DNA from: Candidatus Subterrananammoxibius californiae
GTDB taxonomy: Bacteria > Planctomycetota > Brocadiia > Brocadiales > Subterrananammoxibiaceae
DNA: 64,000 nucleotides
Direction of reading: 5' to 3'
Assembly: GCA_030586555.1 (NCBI GenBank)
Contig: JAURAC010000018.1
Location: forward strand, 1-64,000
A program made the translations under genes and the position numbers. This document shows, piece by piece, positions 36,979 to 46,615 of the stretch (positions are counted from its first letter, which is position 1; every line of letters begins with the position of its first letter). The notes under the pieces were generated by a model. The model was not told where the DNA came from, ran no database searches, and was given only the letters and a program-made list of their open reading frames with translations.

Positions 36979-38625
36979 TTAAGACAATATTTTTCTAACA
37001 ATCTCAACGGCTTCTACCGTGTGGGGGACGATAACTTCATTTGCGCCAACCTTTAACAATTCCTGCTTTTCATCCTCATCATGCCCTCTGGCAATTACAA
37101 CGATTTCGGGATTGTATACCTTTGCATATCTTATTGCCAACTTTTTTACATTTATATCTGGTAATGCAAGGATGAGGATATTTGCCCCCATAATATTTGC
37201 CTTTATTAGCACATGGTGGTTAATGGCGTCACCGAAGATATAGCGATACCCTTCTTGCCGTAGTTCTTTAATTCTTTTTGGGTCATGTTCAACAACCGTT
37301 ATATCATAATTGCTACGCAGTTCTTTTGCTACAAGGCTGCCCGACCTCCCGAAACCACATATTACTACATGGTTTTTAGATGCTGGTCCTACCTGTTCAG
37401 CTTCTGCTATATATGGGCGAGAAAAAAGTCCCGGTATAATCTTAAGCAACGAGAGCCTTGCAAACATGGCATATACCCGTTCGGACTGGCTTATAGCAAG
37501 CGGAGTCAGGACGATAGTAATCAATGAGGCGGTGATTGTAGAAGAAAACACCTTTGGGGATATAAAGCCGTATTGCTGGCCGAGCGTCAGCATGACAAAG
37601 GAGAATTCACCTATTTGAAGCATGCTCATACCAACCTTTATAGCAGTCTTGCCATTGTAACCTAATAACCATGTGGGAATGGAACAGGTAAGAAACTTTC
37701 CAAACACTATCAGGGTGACAATCGCTATTACCTGATGTAGATTTTCGATTAGTGTTTTTGGGTCAATAAACATACCTACGGAAACAAAGAACAGTACTAC
37801 AAAGACATCACGCAGGGGTTTAATCTGCACCGCGATTTCGAGATTGCATTCTGCTTCAGAAAGTAAGAAGCCAACGATAAAGGCGCCAAGGGCGATTGAG
37901 AGCCCGAGCATGTAAGTGGTTATGGAAACCCCTATAGCAATCACCAGCACAGAGAGTAGGAACATCTCCTTGTTTTCCGTCCGGATGACGATGTGCATTA
38001 CCAATGGTAAAAGCTTTCTGCCAACAATTATAATAAATGCCACCACTGCTAAACCACCCGCAAGGACTACGAAAAGGTCAAAGATACTGCCTTTAGCTAT
38101 TCTTGAGAAATTGGAAATAAAGAAAATCATTATCACTGCTGCCAGGTCCTGTACTATCAGCCAGCCTATGGCAATTTGACCGTGCAGGTATTCAAGTTCG
38201 CCCCTTTCGGAGAGTATCTTTGCAACAATCATGGTACTGCTGATGGCAATAATCATTCCTACTATGATTGAATCTAAATAAGAATAACCAACCAGCCTTG
38301 TCATAAGAAATCCTATTGCCACCATTGCTGTTACTTGAGACATGCCGCCTATAATAGCAATCTTCCATACCTTGCTTAAAACAGAGAACTTGAACTCCAC
38401 TCCCACCACAAACATTAACAACGCAACGCCTATCTCCGCAAGGGAAGAGATTTCTTCAACCTTGTGGATAAGACCAAATCCATGTGGTCCAATCATTATT
38501 CCGACTATTATGTAGGCGGGTACAACGGATTGTTTGAGCCTGTTGGCTAATACGCCAAATAGCAAGGAGGCAGTAATTATAATTATGATGTCAATGATTA
38601 GACTGATTGATTGTACTTCGTGCAT
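36979..38625 (-). CDS. CPA2 cation:proton antiporter with TrkA-N domain (KefB/KefC-like)
   Basis: LAEIGVALLMF, ISST, QDL, FFVSVG, QIGEFSFV, ICGFGRSG, GDA. Confidence 0.92.
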   Translation of the reverse strand: MHEVQSISLIIDIIIIITASLLFGVLANRLKQSVVPAYIIVGIMIGPHGFGLIHKVEEISSLAEIGVALLMFVVGVEFKFSVLSKVWKIAIIGGMSQVTAMVAIGFLMTRLVGYSYLDSIIVGMIIAISSTMIVAKILSERGELEYLHGQIAIGWLIVQDLAAVIMIFFISNFSRIAKGSIFDLFVVLAGGLAVVAFIIIVGRKLLPLVMHIVIRTENKEMFLLSVLVIAIGVSITTYMLGLSIALGAFIVGFLLSEAECNLEIAVQIKPLRDVFVVLFFVSVGMFIDPKTLIENLHQVIAIVTLIVFGKFLTCSIPTWLLGYNGKTAIKVGMSMLQIGEFSFVMLTLGQQYGFISPKVFSSTITASLITIVLTPLAISQSERVYAMFARLSLLKIIPGLFSRPYIAEAEQVGPASKNHVVICGFGRSGSLVAKELRSNYDITVVEHDPKRIKELRQEGYRYIFGDAINHHVLIKANIMGANILILALPDINVKKLAIRYAKVYNPEIVVIARGHDEDEKQELLKVGANEVIVPHTVEAVEIVRKILS

Positions 38626-38784
38626 AAGTACCTTTCTGATTCAGGATAACCTGTCTAAATGTGTATTGCCGAGCAGGTTCGTTCTTTATATCATATGGCA
38701 ATATATGATTCCAGTTGATTTTCTTTAAAGTTTTGCTTAAAATGAGAAAGCATTTGTCCTTAAAAGAAAGAAAGGGGATAAAAA

Positions 38785-39345
38785 ATGAAAAAGATTTTGT
38801 TACTAATCGGAATTGTGCTTGTGCTTGCATCACCATTTTCGGTTTACTCAGATGATGTGTCAGAAAAAATTAATTCACTTGAGATTACCATCTCAAATCT
38901 GACAATAAGGATTGATGCCCTCGAGAAAAGGCTTGCAGCCATTGAAAAGATGCTCATAAAATCCCCTTCAGGCGGACAAAGGTCAGAAGCAAAAGAGCCT
39001 GCTAAAGAATTAAGGGTCGAACCAAAACCAAAAGAAATCGCACCCCTTGGTCCGGAGGATTTCATAAGCATTAGCGGTGGCTTTTTACTGTGGAGTGTTA
39101 ACTATAAAGCATCCCTCGGCGATACCATCTTCAGTGGGGAAATTGAAAATCAATCCATAAAAAGTTACAAAACAGTAATATTCAATATTAAGGTATTCGA
39201 TGAAAAGGGAACTGTTTTAGGAGGCCATGACTTCTATGTGCAGGAACTTGACAGAGGCGCTAAAGTGCCATTTGAGGTAACAATATTTGGCGTTAACATG
39301 AAGTCAATTGCGAGATATGAAATAAAGTTCGATAGGGGATTTTAG
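38785..39345 (+). CDS. Secreted protein with coiled coil and FxLYD-like domain
   Basis: Signal peptide, heptad segment, GEIEN...VFDEKG.VLG. Confidence 0.65.
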   Translation: MKKILLLIGIVLVLASPFSVYSDDVSEKINSLEITISNLTIRIDALEKRLAAIEKMLIKSPSGGQRSEAKEPAKELRVEPKPKEIAPLGPEDFISISGGFLLWSVNYKASLGDTIFSGEIENQSIKSYKTVIFNIKVFDEKGTVLGGHDFYVQELDRGAKVPFEVTIFGVNMKSIARYEIKFDRGF

Positions 39346-39506
39346 AGAGGTCAAGATGTGAAGAGGTTAAAAAGCCTTTTTACCTTCAACAGGAATTGGA
39401 GATAAATGGGCTTGAGATACTGTGATTTTCCTTGCCTTTTTACTACTGGTTCAATATTATAACGGAAATATGAGTCAAAACATCTTATAACCTTGAATCA
39501 TAAAAG

Positions 39507-41000
39507 GTGTGCATTATGGATGGCAAAAATTATATAAACGGCAAATTCGTTGCTTCTAATACTAACAAAACGTTTGAGAGCCGTAATCCCGCCAATACAG
39601 ATGAGATTATCGGTACTTTTCCTACGTCAGACGAAAAGGACGTTAATATAGCTGTCGAGGCTGCATCTAATGCCTTTCCATCCTGGCGAAGTTTGTCCCG
39701 AATTAAAAGGGGAGAATATGTTGACGCCTTCACACAGATTATTAAAAGAGACCACGAGGAAATCTCACGCCTTGTGGCGAGGGAATGTGGAAAGGGCATA
39801 AACGAGTCAAGGGCTGATGTAACCGAGGGGATTCACATGGTTCAATACTGCTTCGCTACCACAAGGATGCCTTTCGGCGATGTTGTTGCCTCAGAGATTG
39901 CAGAGAAGGACTCCTTTATGCGCAGAAAACCAAAAGGGGTTGTTGCTGCTATATCTCCGTGGAACTTTCCTTTTGCAATTCCTCTCTGGCTTATAGGGCC
40001 GTCAATAACCGAAGGAAATACAAGTATCCTCAAACCTTCCAGTGAAACGCCAGCCGTTGCCCACAGGATGTCAGAGGCATTTCATGAGGCAGGATTCCCT
40101 CCAGGTGTGATAAATGTCATTTACGGCTCAGGCGGGGAATGTGGAAATACCTTGGTAAAGCGTTTAGAAACTGTAGTTGTACTTTTTGTAGGTTCGTATG
40201 AAGTTGGCGCAGGAATCAAGAAGATATGCGCAGAATATTCAAATAAGATGTGCGCTTGTGAGATGGGGGGTAAAAATGCAATAATTGTATTGGACGATGC
40301 CGACCTTGATATTGCCATTAAATCTGCTGTTATAAGCGCCTTTAAGACTACTGGACAGCGATGCACGTCTACAAGCAGATTAATTGTTCATAAGAAGGTA
40401 CTCTCTAAATTTGAAAAAGGTTTTGTTGACATGGCTAAAAGAATGCGCATTGGTGACCCTTTGAATGAAGACGTTTTTATGGGTCCTTTAATAAATGAAG
40501 CTTCCGTTAAGAAGGTTACATCTTATAATGACCTCAGCAAGAAAGAAGGCGCCGAAATACTCTTGGAAGGTAAGCGATTAACAGATAAGGAATACAAAAA
40601 AGGCTGCTTCATGTCCCCGCATATCTATCGAATGAAATTTAATCCTAAAAGCAGGGTATTGAACGAGGAGGTATTTGGACCGCACGTGGCTATTATCCCG
40701 GTTGAGGATTTAGATGGGGCAATCGAGGTGTATAACAGTACCGAGTACGGCCTATGCCTATCTGTTATCACTGAGGATTATAGAAAAGTTAGAGAGGTCA
40801 GAGAGCGATGCGAATATGGCCTTGGTTACGTAAATCTACCAACTATTGGCGCCGAGGTACACCTCCCATTTGGCGGGGTAAAGAAGAGTGGAACTGGACT
40901 GCCATCTGCAAGCACGCTCGTTGACGTCGTAACCCACCGTACCGCATGGACGGTAAATAATGCAAGGGAAATCAAGATGCCCCAGGGAATGAAAGTCTAA
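39507..41000 (+). CDS. Aldehyde dehydrogenase family protein
   Basis: PWNFP, KPS.ETP, EMGGKN, GQRCT, EEVFGP, PFGGVK.SG. Confidence 0.95.
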   Translation: MCIMDGKNYINGKFVASNTNKTFESRNPANTDEIIGTFPTSDEKDVNIAVEAASNAFPSWRSLSRIKRGEYVDAFTQIIKRDHEEISRLVARECGKGINESRADVTEGIHMVQYCFATTRMPFGDVVASEIAEKDSFMRRKPKGVVAAISPWNFPFAIPLWLIGPSITEGNTSILKPSSETPAVAHRMSEAFHEAGFPPGVINVIYGSGGECGNTLVKRLETVVVLFVGSYEVGAGIKKICAEYSNKMCACEMGGKNAIIVLDDADLDIAIKSAVISAFKTTGQRCTSTSRLIVHKKVLSKFEKGFVDMAKRMRIGDPLNEDVFMGPLINEASVKKVTSYNDLSKKEGAEILLEGKRLTDKEYKKGCFMSPHIYRMKFNPKSRVLNEEVFGPHVAIIPVEDLDGAIEVYNSTEYGLCLSVITEDYRKVREVRERCEYGLGYVNLPTIGAEVHLPFGGVKKSGTGLPSASTLVDVVTHRTAWTVNNAREIKMPQGMKV

Positions 41001-41134
41001 GTAAGATAGACCGTTCAAATTTTTTATTGTTGCAAGCTTTTATCGTTACAGCAAAAGAAAAGGGGTGTATAGACGGACTTCTATATTACATGATAAATAC
41101 TTAATACCCTTGACAAAATAAAAAGGAGGAAAAA

Positions 41135-42934
41135 ATGGAAAAATTATTTTGCCGCCTACCGTTACTTCATCAAATATGTTTGCCGGTTCTGCTTATAGTC
41201 ATTTTTTTTGCGATGCAAATCGGCGTAGCGGAAAAGACCTGTTTGGCGTTCGATGTTACCTGCGTTGTAAAAGATAAAAGCAACAATGAACCTATCCCGG
41301 AGGCAGTTGTTAGGTTGATTGGCGTCGAACCTCTTGTTGAACTTAAATTAGGTATAACCGATGACAATGGTAAATTTGTTTTTATAGACGTCGAAGCTGG
41401 CAAATTCGACCTTTCTGCGGATGCCCAATGTTATAAACGTAAAGAAGTTCTTGACCGCGCAATCAGTGGAAAAGAGACAATTACATTTAAATTAGACGCC
41501 GTTGAAACTGGGCTGGGAAGCCTATCGGGAAAGGTTGAAGATGGTGTTACAGTGGATGGCGTTAATGGTGCTACAGTCAAGATATTACCTAACGGTCCTA
41601 CCGAACAAACTGTTGAGGATGGTTCTTATTTATTTGACTGTGTTGAAGCAGGGTCGTATAGGGTTTCTGCGGATAAGGACGGATACATAGAAGAGAAAAA
41701 GGCTATCGAAGTAATAGAAGGTACCCCGACAACCCTTGATTTTATCCTTATTCCCGCCAAGATTGTGGGTACAGTAACAAACTCCGACACCTTAGCCCCT
41801 ATTGGAGATGTACTGGTTGAGGCATTACTCGACGATGTTATGACTGCCAATAAAAAAACCAAAAACAGTGGTAAGTATGCCCTTAATCTAAATCCCGGTA
41901 CCTATATAATAAGGGGTTCAAAGGATGGTTATTCTACATATACATCTGACGAAATTCCTTTAGGAAGCGAGGGGGCCGTTACACATGACTTCTCGCTTGC
42001 CTTTGCTGGCGGCGGCATATCGGGAATGGTGCTTGATAGCGATGGCGACCCTCTTATAGGGGCAGAGGTTATACTTGCCGATACAGCTCTTATTAGAAAT
42101 TTTGATGTAACAACAAAGACAAACACGCAAGGAGAGTATGGGTTTAATAATCTTGAGCTTGGCACATACGAGGTCTCTCTATCGGAAGGGTGTTATGCAA
42201 ATGGTGGGCAACAATCACAACAGGTAGAACTTACTTCCGAAGCCCCACAGGGTACAGCCGATTTTAATTTGACTGAAATAACAAATCAGGGAACGCTTGC
42301 TGGCAGGGTGAGGGACAAGGATACTAAAGAACCTCTTGCGGACGCCACGGTAAGGATAACAAAACCTATTAGCGAAGCTTCAACGACAACAACAGATGAT
42401 AATGGCATCTTCAGGTTCGACCAGTGCTTGATAGCAGGCACGAATTACGCCGTAAGGGCAGAAAAAGATTGCTACATTACCATAGAAAAGAAGCTCAAGC
42501 CTGCTGAGGAAGGTGAAAACCTGCTTACCTTTAATCTTGCGTTAGAAGAAGAAGATGCATGCTCAACAACGACTATTACGACCACAACAACCACTACGAC
42601 AACAACAAGCACCACTACATCAACATCTACGACGACCACAACAACAGATGGCTCAACCACAACTACCCTGTGTGAGCCGTGCGAGGGTGAACCAGCGAGC
42701 ATAACCTTCTCAAAGACGTGCAATTCCTTTACCTTTGCTATTAGCGGTGAATCAGGTCCTCGCAGAAATAACTTAACGTACAAGCGGGATAATCACGGTA
42801 GGGTCATCTTTGCATGCGGTACAGTTACTTATACCAACTCAGGAAACACCTACTGTGTGGAAATAGATGTAGAATGGGGGAAAAGCTCAAGCTCTTGTAT
42901 AAAAAGCATTCAAGGGTTTGCAATGAAGCCGTAA
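41135..42934 (+). CDS. Secreted protein with tandem carboxypeptidase-regulatory-like (transthyretin-fold) repeats, Thr-rich linker and Cys-rich C-terminal domain
   Basis: About 5 repeats G.V.D...EP..A.V...T...G.F/Y...G.Y...A.K.GY; TTTTT tract at 42564-42667. Confidence 0.8.
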   Translation: MEKLFCRLPLLHQICLPVLLIVIFFAMQIGVAEKTCLAFDVTCVVKDKSNNEPIPEAVVRLIGVEPLVELKLGITDDNGKFVFIDVEAGKFDLSADAQCYKRKEVLDRAISGKETITFKLDAVETGLGSLSGKVEDGVTVDGVNGATVKILPNGPTEQTVEDGSYLFDCVEAGSYRVSADKDGYIEEKKAIEVIEGTPTTLDFILIPAKIVGTVTNSDTLAPIGDVLVEALLDDVMTANKKTKNSGKYALNLNPGTYIIRGSKDGYSTYTSDEIPLGSEGAVTHDFSLAFAGGGISGMVLDSDGDPLIGAEVILADTALIRNFDVTTKTNTQGEYGFNNLELGTYEVSLSEGCYANGGQQSQQVELTSEAPQGTADFNLTEITNQGTLAGRVRDKDTKEPLADATVRITKPISEASTTTTDDNGIFRFDQCLIAGTNYAVRAEKDCYITIEKKLKPAEEGENLLTFNLALEEEDACSTTTITTTTTTTTTTSTTTSTSTTTTTTDGSTTTTLCEPCEGEPASITFSKTCNSFTFAISGESGPRRNNLTYKRDNHGRVIFACGTVTYTNSGNTYCVEIDVEWGKSSSSCIKSIQGFAMKP

Positions 42935-43141
42935 TAAGTACTGTGATAACCACAATAATCAACATCGCTTCATCAAGTACTGATGATGTGCCATTTCCAA
43001 GTCTGCAAGAGGATGTAAGTGGAGGAAATACTGGGCAGGGGGCATCTCCCTGCCCAGAATCTCTTTACTATTGAGTGCAGAAGCCGTACTGCTGGTTCCA
43101 TTGACACGGTTGGTGAACTCCAAAACAATCCATTTATGCGC

Positions 43142-43170
43142 TTGACACTATATACACGCATTGGTATTAT
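43142..43170 (+). promoter_or_regulatory. Putative sigma70 promoter
   Basis: TTGACA-17 bp-TATTAT with TG extension, 45 bp before the ATG at 43216. Confidence 0.5.
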
Positions 43171-43215
43171 TAATAAAGGGAAGAAATTTTCAATTTTGAG
43201 TCAAAGCGTGTAGTT

Positions 43216-46200
43216 ATGGCTTATAGTGAGCGAAGCGAATCTAATGAAGCGTCTGCAATCATAAAAAGAACGCTTAAAATCGTTCGGAAGCGGGCAATTA
43301 TTGAGTGTTTGTGTGAGGGGGGCGCTGTAATTGGCGTTTTCTTTTTTTTGTTGCTTCTGGTGGGTGCCCTTTTGGGCGGATTATTCTCTTATTTACCAGA
43401 AGCTCGTACAGCATTCCACATAATTAGCCTTATTGGACTATTTTATATAATTGTTAAGGTACTTCTCATACCTCTTTTTTCACTCCTGAGAGACGAAAAG
43501 ATAGCCCTTCTGATTGAAAAGGCATATCCCCTTAACGATTCATTAATCACATCTGTCCAGCTTATAAAGGACTCTGCTTCACCTGAGAAAGCAAGCCTCT
43601 TTTCCGAAGGACTTATTTCGCTCCACATTACAGACACAGCAGAGAAACTAAGTAAGATATCGTTCATAGGCAGGCTTGAACCCATTTTGCGTAGGAATTT
43701 CTTCGCGCTCGTTGCATCGGCATCTTTGTTTATTGTCCTTGTAGCTATTTATCCTGCGTACTTTTCAAAAAACCTTGCAATTCTTTTTAATATTCGTTCA
43801 CAAGAGGCTATCACCCAGGAAGCGGAAAAGCAAGTAACCCATGCCCCGCCAATTATAATAGGCGATATAACCTTGAGCTACCGTTATCCGCTTTATACGG
43901 GTTTGGAGCCAAAGACAATGGCAAGCTCAAGCGGCGATATAAAGGCTCTGAAAGGTAGCGAGGTAGCTATCACAGCCACTTGCAACCAACCCCTTATATC
44001 TGCGAATATCATTGTTAATGAGACCTCTGTAATCCCCCTGAAGGTAGAAAAAGAGAAGGCTGCAAAGGGCGCCCTAACATTATTAGAAGGAGGAGAATAC
44101 GTTTTTGAGGTTACACCTCGGGGCACCCAAGGAGAGCCCGCGTCAGGTAAAAAGACCATTGATCCTGTTCGGCACAGAATCATTGTCGAGGAGGACAGTA
44201 ACCCGGAAATCACCATAAACTACCCCAGAAAGGACCTTGAGGTAAACGAAAGAGATACCGTTACGCTAATGTATAACGCCCGCGATGATTTTGGACTCAG
44301 AACCATATCGCTTGTTGTTGAGCACAAAGATAGCAAGGAGCGAAAAGCGCTTGACACCTTCAGGGAAAGGGAGTTACGATACAGCGGGTCTTACAAGTGG
44401 AGTCTTAGCGAAGTTAAACTTTCGCCCGGAGAAAAACTTCCTTATTACTTAGAAGTTACGGATAATGATACGATTTCTGGTCCAAAGGTTGCCCGTTCCG
44501 AAACGCAGTATCTTTATGTTCATAGTGCCGAGAAAAAACACCGTGAACTAATAGATCTCCAGGAAACACTGCTGAAAGAAATGGTACAGTTATTAGGCGA
44601 TGACCTTGTCAAGCGCATAGCTGACAATTATGAGAAGCCCAAGGATAATTTGCTTCTCACACAAGAGGCGATAAATGATAGAACAGACCATGTCTTAAAT
44701 CTCTTTGCCGAAATACTCGATGGTATGCGGGACGATTCCCTCGCGAATTATAGCATATACTTTGCGCTTGAAAATATGAGGGACAGGGTTCGTGAGGTAT
44801 CGTTTAAGAGGCGAGAGAACGTGAGGCATCTTTTACCGGAAGGAATAGATACGCTGTTTGATAAGAATGCGCTGGATACACTTCAATCATACCAGGATGA
44901 AGAAATCGTAGAGATTGAGAACGACGTTCTCTTTCTTGATGAACTAATCAGGAAACAGAGGCTTGAAGAAATTTTTAATGCGGGTAAGGAGATGACGGAT
45001 TCCCAAAATAACATTTCAAACCTTCTCGATGAATTGAAAAAGGGCTATCAACCTGGAATGATGGAAAAGACATTGAAGGAACTAAAAGCCATTGAAGAAT
45101 TAACTCGTCAACTGCTTGAAAAAGTATCACAGATGTCTAACGAAATACCAGATGAATTTCTGAATGAGGATGCGCTTAAGGGCATAGAACAGGAAGATGT
45201 GTCTTCCAATCTTAAGAAAATGCTGGACGCTCTCAGTAATGGAGACCTCGAAGGCGCACTACAGGCTGCACAGCGCCTGCTAACTTCCTTGCAGCAAATG
45301 ATGGCACTAATGCAGGATGCTGCGACACAATATGCAGATTCAGCCTATTCTAATATGCTCAAAGAAATTGACAAATTGACGGAGCAGGTTGACGAACTGG
45401 AAAAACAGGAACGGGAATTGGCTTCAAATACTGATGAGCTTAAGAAAGACGTTCATGAACGAATGTATGGAAAGATGGATGAAATGCTTAAGGAGTTCTT
45501 TAAGATACAGCAGGAACGCTTAAAAGGCATGCAGGAAAATATGAACGCAACAAAAGATACGTTGTCAAAAGACCCCAATTTGAAGGATTTACTTTCAAAG
45601 CCTCATGGTGGACAGAGAGAGGCTGAGCTTTTTGAGAGATTTGGAGAAATGGCTATACCTTATCCGAGGTATGACGAAATCTGGAAGGGTGAAGAGGGCG
45701 AATCGAGATTTGTAAGAAAAAAGGACTCATTTTATCGAAACTTTTTATCACTTGCAAGGAAACTCCCTAAAACCGAAGAAAGGCTCTCCCAACTTGGCGA
45801 GATGTTAGAAGGCTCGGATATTAAGGAATCTTTGAATCTGGCTAAGGAAATACTAAATACGTTAAAAGACTGGAATGCCAATATGCAAAGAGGCATGAAA
45901 AGGACAAAGCCTGAAAAGGAATCAACAGAAAAGGGCTTGCCCTCGGATGAAGTGCAGGAGTATCCTGAAGAGGATGTTATTGATAAAATGGCATCTTCAG
46001 AGACCCTAAATCAAGAGATTGTAAATGACCTTGAGTCTCTAATGGATACTTATGACACGGGACTTCAGAAAAGTTTAACCGATAGCGAAAAGGGCGTTAT
46101 TGATGAACTTGCAAAAAGGCAGGGAGGTATTCAAGAAGAAACAGATTCCGTCAGGGGGGAATTGGACAAGCTTTTAAAACATAGTCCTGTTGTTGGCAAG

Positions 46201-46587
46201 CAGACAGGCGATGACCTTAATCAAGCCTCAAGTTCCATGGGCGGAGCAAAAAATGAACTTAATAAGCAAAACATCCTTAAGGGCCTTCTCGGCGAACGGG
46301 AGGCACTGTATCAGTTGGCAGAAGCTAAGAAAGGCCTGCAGGATGCAAAGGAAAGATTGGAAAAAGGAATGATGGGTGGGGGTATGCCTTTCCCGATGTT
46401 AGGTTTTCGTGGCAGGATGGACGAGGGACAGATGGGAACCTCGATAGAGAAAGTCGAAATACCTTCAGAAGAATCGTATAAAGCGCCAAAAGAATTTCGC
46501 CAGGATATTATTGATGCCATGAAAGAAGGCTTGCCAGAAGAATATAAGAAATTAAATAAGGATTATTACAAGAGGTTGGTGGAATAA
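43216..46587 (+). CDS. DUF4175-like membrane protein with long helical C-terminus
   Basis: N-terminal TMs, L.DSLITSVQL, YPLYTGL, ARDDFGL, DNDTISGPK, C-terminal P.EY......YY..L. Confidence 0.75.
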   Translation: MAYSERSESNEASAIIKRTLKIVRKRAIIECLCEGGAVIGVFFFLLLLVGALLGGLFSYLPEARTAFHIISLIGLFYIIVKVLLIPLFSLLRDEKIALLIEKAYPLNDSLITSVQLIKDSASPEKASLFSEGLISLHITDTAEKLSKISFIGRLEPILRRNFFALVASASLFIVLVAIYPAYFSKNLAILFNIRSQEAITQEAEKQVTHAPPIIIGDITLSYRYPLYTGLEPKTMASSSGDIKALKGSEVAITATCNQPLISANIIVNETSVIPLKVEKEKAAKGALTLLEGGEYVFEVTPRGTQGEPASGKKTIDPVRHRIIVEEDSNPEITINYPRKDLEVNERDTVTLMYNARDDFGLRTISLVVEHKDSKERKALDTFRERELRYSGSYKWSLSEVKLSPGEKLPYYLEVTDNDTISGPKVARSETQYLYVHSAEKKHRELIDLQETLLKEMVQLLGDDLVKRIADNYEKPKDNLLLTQEAINDRTDHVLNLFAEILDGMRDDSLANYSIYFALENMRDRVREVSFKRRENVRHLLPEGIDTLFDKNALDTLQSYQDEEIVEIENDVLFLDELIRKQRLEEIFNAGKEMTDSQNNISNLLDELKKGYQPGMMEKTLKELKAIEELTRQLLEKVSQMSNEIPDEFLNEDALKGIEQEDVSSNLKKMLDALSNGDLEGALQAAQRLLTSLQQMMALMQDAATQYADSAYSNMLKEIDKLTEQVDELEKQERELASNTDELKKDVHERMYGKMDEMLKEFFKIQQERLKGMQENMNATKDTLSKDPNLKDLLSKPHGGQREAELFERFGEMAIPYPRYDEIWKGEEGESRFVRKKDSFYRNFLSLARKLPKTEERLSQLGEMLEGSDIKESLNLAKEILNTLKDWNANMQRGMKRTKPEKESTEKGLPSDEVQEYPEEDVIDKMASSETLNQEIVNDLESLMDTYDTGLQKSLTDSEKGVIDELAKRQGGIQEETDSVRGELDKLLKHSPVVGKQTGDDLNQASSSMGGAKNELNKQNILKGLLGEREALYQLAEAKKGLQDAKERLEKGMMGGGMPFPMLGFRGRMDEGQMGTSIEKVEIPSEESYKAPKEFRQDIIDAMKEGLPEEYKKLNKDYYKRLVE

Positions 46588-46615
46588 TTTATATGAATAT
46601 TAGAATTCTCCCTAA

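Noticed and set aside
42564..42667. ACA/AAC-rich tract considered as a DGR template repeat
   Set aside because: It is an in-frame Thr linker with no similarity to the DUF1566 variable region.
42814..43213. Possible frameshifted continuation of the surface protein or a gene remnant
   Set aside because: Part of the peptide comes from the CTGGGCAGGG..CCCTGCCCAG hairpin (43031-43057); no recognisable homology or clear slippage site.
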